From Planctomycetota bacterium (GTDB taxonomy: Bacteria; Planctomycetota; UBA11346): a stretch of DNA of 52,253 bases. The stretch lies in contig JBBQSO010000032.1 of assembly GCA_038213805.1 (NCBI GenBank), forward strand, positions 1 to 52,253. The letters are read 5' to 3'. The first letter of the stretch is position 1; each line of letters opens with the position of its first letter. Below the pieces are notes generated by a model that searched no databases, was not told where the DNA came from, and worked only from the letters and a program-made list of their open reading frames with translations. Below, piece by piece: positions 28,914-38,092 of this stretch. A program made the translations under genes and the position numbers.

Positions 28914-29387
28914 CTAGCGCGCCTCGAATTCCGCGAGCAGCTCGACGAGCGCCTGGGCGCCCTTCACTTCCTGCAGAAATTCGCAGAAGTGCTCCTTGCG
29001 GATCTGGCTCGCGAAGCTCTTCATCAGCATCAAGTGCTGTTCCTTCTGATCGGGCGGGGTGAGCAGCAGGAAGACGCTGTGCACCGGCTCGCCATCAAGG
29101 CTGTCGAAGTCGATGCCCGCCTCGCTTAGGCCAAAGGCGCAGACGATGTCCTTGACCAGGGCGGTGCGGCAGTGCGGGATGGCGATGCCATGACCGATGC
29201 CGGTCGAGCCGATCGCTTCGCGCGTCATGGCACCGTCGACGACCTGTTCGATGTGCTCCGCGTTCAGTTTCCGGGCCGTGACCAGGCTCTTCACCAGCGT
29301 GCCGATGACGATGCGCTTGTCGGCGTCGTCGGGCAGCGTGGTGAACGCCTTGGGGACGATCACCTGTGACATGCGGAGTGGGGTCAT
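28914..29387 (-). CDS. PTS IIA domain protein (PtsN-like)
   Basis: REAIGSTGIGHGIAIPHCR, GIDFDSLDGEPVHSVFLLL and HL. SD GAGGA. Confidence 0.92.
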   Translation of the reverse strand: MTPLRMSQVIVPKAFTTLPDDADKRIVIGTLVKSLVTARKLNAEHIEQVVDGAMTREAIGSTGIGHGIAIPHCRTALVKDIVCAFGLSEAGIDFDSLDGEPVHSVFLLLTPPDQKEQHLMLMKSFASQIRKEHFCEFLQEVKGAQALVELLAEFEAR

Positions 29388-29687
29388 GAATTCCTCACCG
29401 GCCAGGGGCCAGGCTCCGGTTGGGCCGGAACGGGGTGGAGCGTAGAATTGCCCCCGTCATCGTCAACCGGTTCCAGTGCGCCGTGGTGTTGTAATCCTTT
29501 GTTCGGGAGCCACTTGTTGACGGTGGTGTGCGGATCAGGGCGTTTCCGCGGTGCGTGGAGGTGTCCGATCCCGGGGTCCTGAATGAAGGCGGGTCGATTC
29601 GATCCTATTGCAGATTACAGTGGAAATGAGCCCCTGGCCCGGCTTTCCCCTAGGCGGGGCACGTCACGGCGCGACCCTGGCGGCGCC

Positions 29688-30458
29688 ATGAACCAGCCCC
29701 TGCTCTCCCCCGACAATCCCCTGGTCAAGCGCTGGCGCAGCCTGCACGACACGCGGGGCCGCCGCGAGGCGGGTGCCTTCCTGGTCGAGGGCCGGCGCGC
29801 CATCGACGGCTTCCTGGCGGCCGGCTGGCGTCCCGAAGTCATCCTGGTGCGCCTCGGCGAGGAACTGCCCGGCACGTGGCCCGAGGACGCCGCCCAACCG
29901 GTCAGCGCACGGGTCGCAGAACGCCTGTCGCAGGCCAGCACCGCCTCTGGCTACCTCGGGGTCTTCCCTATCCCGGTCCCGCCGCCGCTTGACCTGCAGG
30001 CCGGCGGGCTGGTGCTCGCCGAGGTGGGCGATCCGGGGAATGCCGGCACCCTGCTGCGCAGCGCCGCAGCCTTCGGCGTTCGCCAGGTGGTACTGCTCGG
30101 CGGGGTGGAGCCATGGGGCGCCAAGACCGTACAGGCCTCGGCGGGCGCGCTCGCCCTGCTCCATGTGCATCAGCTGGCGGATACCTTCGGCCTCGCACCA
30201 CTGGCGGGCGGCGCGCCCTGCTGCGCCCTGGTGGTCAGCGGCGGCAGTGCACCGGCCGCGCTGTGCGCCGGCCCGCGTTGGCTGGTGGTCGGCAGCGAGG
30301 CGCATGGCCTGCGCCCGGAGTGGCTCGTCGCCTGCAGCGAGCGCCTGACGCTGCCCATGCCCGGTCCGGTCGAGAGCCTGAACGCCGCGGTCGCCGGTTC
30401 GCTGGCGTGCTATCTGCTGGCGATGCGGGGGACGGAGCAAGGTCCGGTAGTGCGGTAA
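29688..30458 (+). CDS. TrmH/SpoU-family RNA methyltransferase
   Basis: SPDNP.VK, FLVEG, DPGNAGTLLRSAAAFG, VGSEAHG, LPMPG.VESLNAAVA. Start ATG 29688. Confidence 0.92.
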   Translation: MNQPLLSPDNPLVKRWRSLHDTRGRREAGAFLVEGRRAIDGFLAAGWRPEVILVRLGEELPGTWPEDAAQPVSARVAERLSQASTASGYLGVFPIPVPPPLDLQAGGLVLAEVGDPGNAGTLLRSAAAFGVRQVVLLGGVEPWGAKTVQASAGALALLHVHQLADTFGLAPLAGGAPCCALVVSGGSAPAALCAGPRWLVVGSEAHGLRPEWLVACSERLTLPMPGPVESLNAAVAGSLACYLLAMRGTEQGPVVR

Positions 30459-30593
30459 TGCGGAAGTCTGGAAGTCCGGACGTCCGGAAGTCTTGTGGTC
30501 CGGGATCCTGAGACGAGTCCATGCGCACTGAAACAATCGCAGGCAAGGCCGGAAGGGTTTGGGTACCGGGACTTCCGGACTTCCCGACTTCCC
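30442..30593. repeat. Fold-back element, GTCCGGAA family, copy 4 (degenerate)
   Basis: Eight phased octamers at 30442-30505. Right arm CCGGGACTTCCGGACTTCCCGACTTCCC at 30566-30593. Confidence 0.88.
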
Positions 30594-30689
30594 AAGCGGT
30601 GCGATCGCGCAGCGCCCCGCCTGTCGCATTCCCCCACTTGCCCGTGCTTTTCCCCGGCGCCACACTGATCTGCCGATGAGTCCCCGTCC

Positions 30690-33164
30690 ATGAACACCGC
30701 TACGCGTGCCCAGGCCGGCGGGGAGCGTCTCGCCCGGATCGAGGCGGCCCTGCGCGAGCGTGCCGCCCTGCTGCGCCCGCCAGAGGCCCTGCTCGAACGC
30801 GCCATGCAGCGCTGCGCGCCGCGTACCGGCCCGCTCGAGCCACCGCTGTTCCCGTCTGCTGCGCCCGGCCTCGGGACCTCGGCGCTGGTGCCCAATCAGT
30901 CCGCTCCTCGGTTCGACCTGGTGCCGTTGGCGCCGGTGACGGTGGCGTTCGAAGTTGGTCTCGACCCGACTCCGCAGCCGATGACTCTGGTGGTCTCCAA
31001 CGACCCGCTCGCGCCGGCGCCCTCGGCCTCGGCGCGGCTCCAAGCCGAACTGCCGACGGTCATCACCGCCATTGGCGACCTGCGGCCTGAGCCCACTCCG
31101 TCCGTCGCCGCGCTACCTTTCTCCCCGGCGCACGCGGCGAGCGCACCCACGCTGATCTCGCACTCGGATGCGCCGCTACGCGCACCTTCGGGCGACGGCA
31201 GCAGCGGTGCCAATGCGATGATCCTGCCCAGCGGCCGGATCATCGCCGGCTACCGCATCGAGGGCCAGATCGGCAGCGGCGGCATGGGCCAGGTCTATCG
31301 CGCCACCCAGTTGAGCATGAACCGCCAGGTCGCCTTCAAGGTGCTCGCCCCCAAACTCGCCGGCAACCCGCGCTTCCGCGAGCGCTTCCTGCGCGAGGCG
31401 CGCGCCGCTGGGCGCCTGCACCATCCCAACCTCATCGCCGTGCACGATGTCGGCGAGGCCGACGGCCTGATGTTCTTCAGCATGGAACTGGTCGAGGGCC
31501 AGTCGTTGAAGGACCTGCTCGCCGAGCGCGGCCCGGTGCCGGAGGCGCGCGCGCTCGAACTCACCCGCCAGACCCTCGAGGCGCTGCGTTACGCGCACGG
31601 CAACGGGCTGATCCACCGCGACATCAAGCCCGACAACCTCATGCTCACCGCCGCGGGCGTGGTCAAGGTCGCCGACCTCGGCCTGTCGCGCAGCGCCGAC
31701 GCCGAAGTCGCTGGCGAGGACCTCTTCAAGACCCAGGCCGGCGCGATCATGGGCACACCGCACTACATGGCGCCAGAGCAGGCGCGCGACGCGCACAGCG
31801 TTGATCACCGCGCCGACCTTTACGCGGTCGGCGCCACGCTCTACCACCTGGTGTGCGGGACCACGCCCTTCACCGGCAGTGCGCCGATGGAGGTGGTGAT
31901 CCGCGCCGGCACGCAGCCGCTCGCCTTCCCCGAGCCCGGGCCGACGCCGAGCATGCGCGTGCTGATCGCGCGGCTGATGGCCAAGAAGCCCGAGGACCGC
32001 TACGCCTCGGCCGCCGAGGGCATCGAGGCGGTGATGCGCCTGCGCCGGCGCGCCTCCGAGAGCGGTGGCGACCGCGCCGAGCAGGTCGCCACGGCGATCG
32101 CGCGCGCGCGCGGCCGGCGCCTGCGCCGTCTGTTGCGTAAGGGCGGAATGATCGCCGGCAGCCTGGGCGCGCTGCTGCTGGTGCTGTTGGGGCTCGCCGC
32201 GCTCAGCGGCAGCTGGCAGTGGAGCGACAAACGCGCCGAGGTGCGCCGCTTGTGCGAACAGCGCCACTACGCCCAGGCGCACCTCGCGCTCGATCTCTTC
32301 AACCCCGGCATGAATCCGCTCGCCACGAGCGGCGCCGCGGTGGCCCAGGCGCGCCTCGCCGTCGACCGCGAGTGGGACGAGTGGGCGCAGGCCGAGTCGA
32401 GGCCGGTGTTCGACGCCTTCCACGAGCAGGCGGGACTCGCGCGCTGGAACGACGCCTTCGCCATCCTCGCCGACATCGAGGACGATTGGAAGAGCCCGCA
32501 GGTGCGCCGCGAACTCGATGCCGCCCGCGAGCAGGTCAAGCTGGGCCTGCGCAAGGCGGGCGGCGCCACCGCGGCGCCGCGGAGCGACGAGTCCACGCAC
32601 GCGCCGGGTGTGGCCGCGGGACCTCTGGCCACCAAGCCGCTCGAAGCCTTCGGCGAGCGTCTGCACGAGTTGCAGGAGCAGCAGACGCGCACGCTCACCG
32701 AATTCTGGAGCGGCTTCGACGCGGTGCCCGCCGAGGCGCTGGCGGTGACCGGCGAACTCGCGCGGTTCACCGGCACTGGCACCGCCAGCCAGCACACTTC
32801 AGCCAAGGATGAACGCCCGCTCCTGCATCGCGGCCTGCTCATCACGGTGAGATTCGATGGCGCCAAGGCGGGTGGTCCCGAGACCTGGGGCATCGCCCTG
32901 GGCGCCGGCCGCACGCTGTTTGCCACCCCGCATGGCCTGGTGGTCGGCGGCGCCGGTGCGGAGCAGATCCTGTTGCCTGCCCCGTTCAGCAACTCGCTGC
33001 AATTCATGCTGCGGCGCAGCGCCACCGATCTCGAGCTCAGAACGTCGCGTGGCAGTGACTGGCAATCGTTGCATGCCACCACAGCAGAGCAGCTGACGCT
33101 TTCCTGGCGGGCCGCGGCAGGAGCCATTGAAGTCAGGCTCAAGCCGTTGTTGCGCAGGGAATAA
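30690..33164 (+). CDS. Hanks-type Ser/Thr protein kinase with one TM helix and extracytoplasmic domain
   Basis: IGSGGMGQVY, VAFKVL, HRDIKPDN, DLG, GTPHYMAPE and DLYAVG. TM segment MIAGSLGALLLVLLGLAAL. Confidence 0.95.
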   Translation: MNTATRAQAGGERLARIEAALRERAALLRPPEALLERAMQRCAPRTGPLEPPLFPSAAPGLGTSALVPNQSAPRFDLVPLAPVTVAFEVGLDPTPQPMTLVVSNDPLAPAPSASARLQAELPTVITAIGDLRPEPTPSVAALPFSPAHAASAPTLISHSDAPLRAPSGDGSSGANAMILPSGRIIAGYRIEGQIGSGGMGQVYRATQLSMNRQVAFKVLAPKLAGNPRFRERFLREARAAGRLHHPNLIAVHDVGEADGLMFFSMELVEGQSLKDLLAERGPVPEARALELTRQTLEALRYAHGNGLIHRDIKPDNLMLTAAGVVKVADLGLSRSADAEVAGEDLFKTQAGAIMGTPHYMAPEQARDAHSVDHRADLYAVGATLYHLVCGTTPFTGSAPMEVVIRAGTQPLAFPEPGPTPSMRVLIARLMAKKPEDRYASAAEGIEAVMRLRRRASESGGDRAEQVATAIARARGRRLRRLLRKGGMIAGSLGALLLVLLGLAALSGSWQWSDKRAEVRRLCEQRHYAQAHLALDLFNPGMNPLATSGAAVAQARLAVDREWDEWAQAESRPVFDAFHEQAGLARWNDAFAILADIEDDWKSPQVRRELDAAREQVKLGLRKAGGATAAPRSDESTHAPGVAAGPLATKPLEAFGERLHELQEQQTRTLTEFWSGFDAVPAEALAVTGELARFTGTGTASQHTSAKDERPLLHRGLLITVRFDGAKAGGPETWGIALGAGRTLFATPHGLVVGGAGAEQILLPAPFSNSLQFMLRRSATDLELRTSRGSDWQSLHATTAEQLTLSWRAAAGAIEVRLKPLLRRE

Positions 33165-33222
33165 TAATTTCCTGCGAGCGGCGCTGGCGGTCCCCGCCGA
33201 CTGTGGGGTATGCTGATTCACC

Positions 33223-34512
33223 ATGCCCCGCGTCCTGATCGTCGACGATGACCCCGTGCTGACCCGCATCTACCGCAGCAAATTCACCAGCGAGGGTTTC
33301 GTCGCTGACTGCGTGGCCGACGGCGAAGGCGCCCTGGCCAGCGTCGCGCAGGAACGGCCGGCGGCACTGGTGCTGGACCTGATGCTGCCGGGGCTCAGCG
33401 GCCTTGAGGTTTTGGCACGCGTGCGCGCACGCCCGGATTGTCGCGACCTGCCGATCGTGGTGTTCTCCAACGCCTACCTCGACGAGGACATCGCTGCGGC
33501 CCGCCAAGCCGGCGCGGACCGCGTCCTGGCCAAGGCCAGCAACGGCCCGCGCCAGGTGGTCGACGCCGTGCGCGTCACCATCGCCAAGCGCGCCGCCGCG
33601 GCGTCCGCGGTCAACGTGCGGTCAGCGCAGGTGCAGCTGCCGCTGCTCGCCGGGATGACGGCGCCGCTGTCCGCGCCACCCGCCGCGCCACCTGCCACGC
33701 TCGCGCCATCTCCACCGTCGCCTCTGCCCATGCAGCCGGTCCTGCCCGAGATCGTGCCGCCGTTGGGCCGCGCCAGCATGATCTCAACCACGCGCACCTA
33801 CCACTTCCAGGCGAACTCCGGGGACTTCACCCGCCAGTGCACCGCGACCCTTGCCGAGCTCGGGCGCGTGCTGGCCACCCTGGCCCACACCTCGACCCAG
33901 CTGGTCGAGCTCGGACGGCTCTTCCACCAGCTCGCCAGCCGCGCCGCGGCGGCCGAGCACACCGCCATCGCGCGCCTCGCAGAGGCCGCCGGTTCCCTGG
34001 CCCGTCAGCTGCTGGAAGCACCGCGCAAGCTCAGCACCTCGACGCGCCGGACCCTGGGCCAGGCGCACGAGCGCCTGGTCGCCCTGAACGGCGCCACCAC
34101 GCCTGCACCTGAAATCGCCGGCTGCACCGCACTGGTGGTGGACGACGAGGGACTCTCGCGCACCACCATGGGCCTGGCCCTGGCCAAGGTCGGCATCGCG
34201 GTCAACCCGGTCGAGCACGCGCAGGCAGCGTTGGCCGCGGCCGCTGTCCAGCGCTTCCCGCTGGTGCTCAGCGATGTGATGATGCAGGGCATGAACGGGT
34301 TCCAGCTGGTGACGCGCCTGCGCGCGCTGCCCGGCTACGCGCGCACGCCGGTGATCCTGGTCACCGGCGCGACCGAGTTCGACCAGACCTTCCGCGCCAC
34401 GCCGAAGGGCGCCGACGATCTCATCGCCAAGCCATATCTGCTCATGGAGCTCGGCACCAAGGCGCTCATCCACCTGCTCGCCGTGCGCGTCGAGGCGTGG
34501 GCGGGCGCATGA
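33223..34512 (+). CDS. Response regulator, REC - Hpt-like - REC
   Basis: REC1 has LIVDDD and LDLMLP. The middle helical bundle contains LFHQLA. REC2 has LVVDDE, SDVMM and IAKP. Confidence 0.88.
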   Translation: MPRVLIVDDDPVLTRIYRSKFTSEGFVADCVADGEGALASVAQERPAALVLDLMLPGLSGLEVLARVRARPDCRDLPIVVFSNAYLDEDIAAARQAGADRVLAKASNGPRQVVDAVRVTIAKRAAAASAVNVRSAQVQLPLLAGMTAPLSAPPAAPPATLAPSPPSPLPMQPVLPEIVPPLGRASMISTTRTYHFQANSGDFTRQCTATLAELGRVLATLAHTSTQLVELGRLFHQLASRAAAAEHTAIARLAEAAGSLARQLLEAPRKLSTSTRRTLGQAHERLVALNGATTPAPEIAGCTALVVDDEGLSRTTMGLALAKVGIAVNPVEHAQAALAAAAVQRFPLVLSDVMMQGMNGFQLVTRLRALPGYARTPVILVTGATEFDQTFRATPKGADDLIAKPYLLMELGTKALIHLLAVRVEAWAGA

Positions 34513-34874
34513 TGGCGCCGCGCACCGCCAGCATCGATCTTGCTGAACTTGACGCCCTGCAGCGCGAGCTCGGCGACGATCACGAAAGCATTCCGGCGAT
34601 GATCGGCATGTTCGTCGCCGATGCTCCCGCGCACCTCGCCGGTTTGGCCGCGGCGGTGCAGGCGGAGGACCCCGATGGGATCCGCCAGGCGGCACACCGC
34701 TTGAAGGGCGCGACGCGCGTACTCGGCCTCGCGGCGATGAGCGCGGCCTGCCAGGAGCTCGAGGACGCGGCGCGCGCCGGCCGCGGTACCGGTCTGCAGG
34801 GCGCCCTGGCTGCGGTGCAGGAGGCGCTCGCGGGGGCGCTGCCCGCGCTCCAAGCCTGGCGGCCGCAGCGCTGA
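34509..34874 (+). CDS. Stand-alone Hpt domain protein
   Basis: AAHRLKGATRVLG...ACQELE. ATGA overlap with the upstream stop. Confidence 0.9.
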   Translation: MMAPRTASIDLAELDALQRELGDDHESIPAMIGMFVADAPAHLAGLAAAVQAEDPDGIRQAAHRLKGATRVLGLAAMSAACQELEDAARAGRGTGLQGALAAVQEALAGALPALQAWRPQR

Positions 34875-34925
34875 GGCCGCCGTGCTGAGGCCGCCGCCGG
34901 CGCCCGCACGCGCCAGGACAGACTC

Positions 34926-35657
34926 TCAACCGCGGCGGTCCTCGTCGAGGCGCCGGGCGCCCTCCATGAGCAGGTGCGAGGTCGGGATGCCGATGCGGTC
35001 CTCGCCCGCGACGGTGGTCGAAGCGAGGAAGAACTCGCCGCTCGCCCAGCCCAGGACCTGGTAGACGTATTCCTCCGGCGTGTCGCTCGGTTCGCGCCCG
35101 CCGGCGTCGATGATGCGGCCGTCGCGCAGCAGCAGGCGCACCTCCTGGTCCTCGTGCTTGAGGTGCAGCTCGCCGGTCTTGCGCTCCATCTCGAAGAGCA
35201 TGAGCAGCGAGGCCGGACCGATCACGGCGAGGTCGCCCATCATGCCCGAGCGGTGCTGGCGCGCGACCTCGCGGGTCTGGCGCTTGAACGCCTGGCTGCG
35301 GTCGAGGATGCGCTGCACACGCAGGCGGATCTCTTTGGCGTCGCAGTTCTTCGCCACGTAGTCGTCGGCGCCGAGCTGGAAGCCATGGGTGCGGTGCTCC
35401 GCCGAATCGAGACCGGTGAGGAACAACACGGGCACCAGCGCGGTGGCCGGCCGCGAGCGCAGCGCGCGCACCAGCGCCCAGCCGTCCATGCCCGGCATGA
35501 CCACGTCGGTGATGATCAGGTCGGGGACCTGGGCCGCGGTCGCCGCGAGCGCGTCCGCCCCACCCGCCGCCTCGATCAGGGTGTGGCCCGCACCAAGCAG
35601 CGCCTGCAGGAAGCGGCGCACGAGCTGGTCATCGTCGACGATGAGGATGGTGGGCAT
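34926..35657 (-). CDS. Response regulator, REC plus DUF4388 (PatA-N-like)
   Basis: ILIVDDD, TDVVMPGMDG and GADDYVAK. C-terminal GDL....ASLL..FEMERKTG.L...W..GEF...LLMEGARRLDE. Alternative start at 35678. Confidence 0.9.
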   Translation of the reverse strand: MPTILIVDDDQLVRRFLQALLGAGHTLIEAAGGADALAATAAQVPDLIITDVVMPGMDGWALVRALRSRPATALVPVLFLTGLDSAEHRTHGFQLGADDYVAKNCDAKEIRLRVQRILDRSQAFKRQTREVARQHRSGMMGDLAVIGPASLLMLFEMERKTGELHLKHEDQEVRLLLRDGRIIDAGGREPSDTPEEYVYQVLGWASGEFFLASTTVAGEDRIGIPTSHLLMEGARRLDEDRRG

Positions 35658-35734
35658 GGACTCCCTGGCTACCGTCATGATCGCCCCGGGAGCGGGGAAG
35701 TGCAAGGCCCTGTTGATTGATGAACGCGGATCGT

Positions 35735-35972
35735 TGATGGCTGATGGCTGATGGCTGATGGCTGATGGCTGATGAATCTTTTGCCCGGATGCCCAGGTGA
35801 GGCTCACGGATTTCAGATGATGCGTTGGCGCTCGCGATCCCATTCCTTGGTTTCGTGCGGCGTGCGGACGGGAAACCGATCACGCGGAACTGGGCGACCC
35901 CATGGTCTTCTGAAATGCCGAAGCCGGCGCACCACGCCGGCTTCGCCATCAGCCATCAGCCATCAGCCATCA
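35735..35972. repeat. Fold-back element, TGATGGC/GCCATCA heptamer family, copy 1
   Basis: (TGATGGC)5 TGATGA at 35735-35775 and (GCCATCA)4 at 35945-35972, with a spacer of about 170 bp. Confidence 0.95.
35919..35945 (-). terminator. Hairpin just downstream of E2, possible terminator
   Basis: CGAAGCCGGCG-CACCA-CGCCGGCTTCG forms an 11-bp stem. The U-tract is weak. Confidence 0.45.
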
Positions 35973-37115
35973 CAGCCGCTCCGGATGCTCCAGCAGTTCC
36001 GCGACCCGCATGAGCAGCCGCGCGGCGGCTCCGCCGTCCGCGATGCGGTGGTCGAAGGTCAGCGTCAGTTCAGCCTCGCGGGCGCGGTCCCAGCGCTTCT
36101 CAGCCGGGTTCCAATCGGGCACGTACTGCACCGCGCCGATGCCCAGAATCATGCTCTGGCTGGGCTCAGGGATCGCGGTCGCCCAGGTCAGGCCGAAGGT
36201 GCCATAGTTGGTGATGGTCGAGACCGCGTCGCCGAGGTCGCTGACGCGGCCCTTGCGCGCGTTCTCGACGGCGGTCTCGACCGCGACGGTGAGCGCGGCG
36301 AGGTCAAGCTGGTCGACCTTGCGCACCACCGGGGTGAGCACGCCGTCGCCGACCTCGACCGCTACCGCCAGGTCCATCGACGACGGGCGGTTGATGCGCG
36401 TGCCGACCATGCGATGGACCATGCGGTCATCGTCCTTGAGGGCGAGCGCCAGGGCGCGCATGCAGTAGATGGTCGCGCTCGGCCGGCCGGTGATGGTGCG
36501 GCGGTGGGCGAGCAGCGGATCGATCTTCACCGGGCGCGCGACGGTGGCGAGCGGACGTTCCCACGAGCGCAGCATGCTCGACGCCACCGCCTGGCGCATC
36601 GGGCTCATCGGGCTGCCCTCGGCGAGGTAGCGGTCGATGTCCTCGGCGGTGACGCGGCCGCCCTCGCCGGTACCGCTGATCGCTGCGAGGTCGGCGGGCA
36701 GCATGCCGTTCTCGCCCAGGCGCGTGCGTACGCGCGGGCTGTAGAACGCGGCGCCGGTGGCGCGCGTGGCGTGGCGGGCGGTGGCCGGGCGCGGCACCGC
36801 GCTGCGCGGCTGGGCGCCGGGCGACGGGGCGATCTGGCCGCCGGGCGCGCTGGCGACGTCCTCTACCGGGGCTTCACCCTCGATCTCGATGCGCGCCAGG
36901 ACCTCGCCGACCGCGACCTTGGCGCCGGGCTCGGCGCAGTGCTCGGTCAGGATGCCGGCACGCGGCGCGGCCACAGTCAGCACGCTCTTTTCGGTCTGCA
37001 CCTCGACCAGCTCCTGCTCGGCGGCCACCGCGCTGCCGGGCTCGACCAGCCAGGCCATGACCGTGGCCTCGGCCGCCGATTCGCCGAATTGCGGGAGTTT
37101 GACGTTGAGGAGCAT
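35970..37115 (-). CDS. 2-oxoacid dehydrogenase E2 (dihydrolipoamide acyltransferase)
   Basis: Lipoyl domain EVQTEKS, PSBD SPRVR...GTGEGGRVT.ED, and catalytic TITNYG and FDHRIADG. Start ATG 37115. Confidence 0.92.
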   Translation of the reverse strand: MLLNVKLPQFGESAAEATVMAWLVEPGSAVAAEQELVEVQTEKSVLTVAAPRAGILTEHCAEPGAKVAVGEVLARIEIEGEAPVEDVASAPGGQIAPSPGAQPRSAVPRPATARHATRATGAAFYSPRVRTRLGENGMLPADLAAISGTGEGGRVTAEDIDRYLAEGSPMSPMRQAVASSMLRSWERPLATVARPVKIDPLLAHRRTITGRPSATIYCMRALALALKDDDRMVHRMVGTRINRPSSMDLAVAVEVGDGVLTPVVRKVDQLDLAALTVAVETAVENARKGRVSDLGDAVSTITNYGTFGLTWATAIPEPSQSMILGIGAVQYVPDWNPAEKRWDRAREAELTLTFDHRIADGGAAARLLMRVAELLEHPERL

Positions 37116-38092
37116 CAGAACCTCACGGTTTCGAGCACGGCTTCGACGATGTCGGCGGCGTGCGGCCGGTGGGCCGCATAGAGATCGGGCTGGACGGGGA
37201 TGGGGGTGTCCACGGCGCACATCCGGCGTGGCGGGGCGTCGAGCAGGTGGAAGGCCTCGGAGGCGATCACCGCGACCACCTCGGCGGGGATGCCGCCAAA
37301 GGGCCAGGCCTCGGTGGCGACCACCACGCGCCCGGTCTTGGCCACCGACTCGAGGATGGTGGCGGTGTCGAGCGGGCGCACGCAGCGCAGGTCGATCACC
37401 TCGACCGAGACGCCGTGCTCCTGCTCGAGGATGCCGGCCGCGCTCAGGCATTCGTGCAGCATGGCGCTGTAGCTGACCAGCGTGCAGTCGCTGCCGGCGC
37501 GTCGCACCACCGCGGCGCCCAGCGGCAGGCGCTCGGCAAGGCGCGGGTCGCCGGTCTCGCGCAGGTGGTTGTAGAGGTACTTGTGCTCGCAGAAGATCAC
37601 CGGGTCGTCGCAGGCGATGGCGTCGCGCAGCATCCAGTAGGCGTCGGCGACGGTGGCGGGCGCGACCACCACCAGCCCGGGGTGGTGGCTGAGCCAGGCC
37701 TCGGGCATCTGGCAGTGGAACGGGCCGGAGCCCTTGGTGCCGCCCATCGGCAGGCGCGCGACCAGTGGGCAGGGCCGGCCGGTGCGCCAGAACGTGGTCG
37801 CGGCGTGGTTGACCAGCTGGTTGAAGGCGATCGAGGCGAAGTCGGCGAACTGGAACTCGATCACCGGGCGCATGCCGTCGATGGCCGCGCCGATGGCGAC
37901 GCCGGTGATGGCGTCCTCGCAGATCGGCGCATTGATCACCCGTTCCGGGTGCAGTTCGGAGAGCCCCTTGGTGGCCTTGAACGCGCCGCCGAAGCTGCCG
38001 GCGATGTCCTGACCGTAGATGAACACGCGCGGATCGTCGCGCAGGGCGTCGCCAAGCGCGGCGCGGATGGCCTCGACATACGACGTGGTCAC
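37115..38092 (-). CDS. 2-oxoacid dehydrogenase E1 beta subunit
   Basis: GQDIAG.FGG.FKATKGL, EFQFADF, GPFH, DPVIFCEHK and EVIDLR. Confidence 0.93.
   Translation of the reverse strand: MTTSYVEAIRAALGDALRDDPRVFIYGQDIAGSFGGAFKATKGLSELHPERVINAPICEDAITGVAIGAAIDGMRPVIEFQFADFASIAFNQLVNHAATTFWRTGRPCPLVARLPMGGTKGSGPFHCQMPEAWLSHHPGLVVVAPATVADAYWMLRDAIACDDPVIFCEHKYLYNHLRETGDPRLAERLPLGAAVVRRAGSDCTLVSYSAMLHECLSAAGILEQEHGVSVEVIDLRCVRPLDTATILESVAKTGRVVVATEAWPFGGIPAEVVAVIASEAFHLLDAPPRRMCAVDTPIPVQPDLYAAHRPHAADIVEAVLETVRF

Noticed and set aside
29490..29619. TGTAATC / GATTACA inverted 7-mers in the ptsIIA-trmH divergent region
   Set aside because: Too short to be significant and without tandem structure.
34870..34896. 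13-bp tandem duplication GCTGAGGCCGCCG at the Hpt stop
   Set aside because: A single short GC-rich duplication. It could be a scar, but there is no supporting element.
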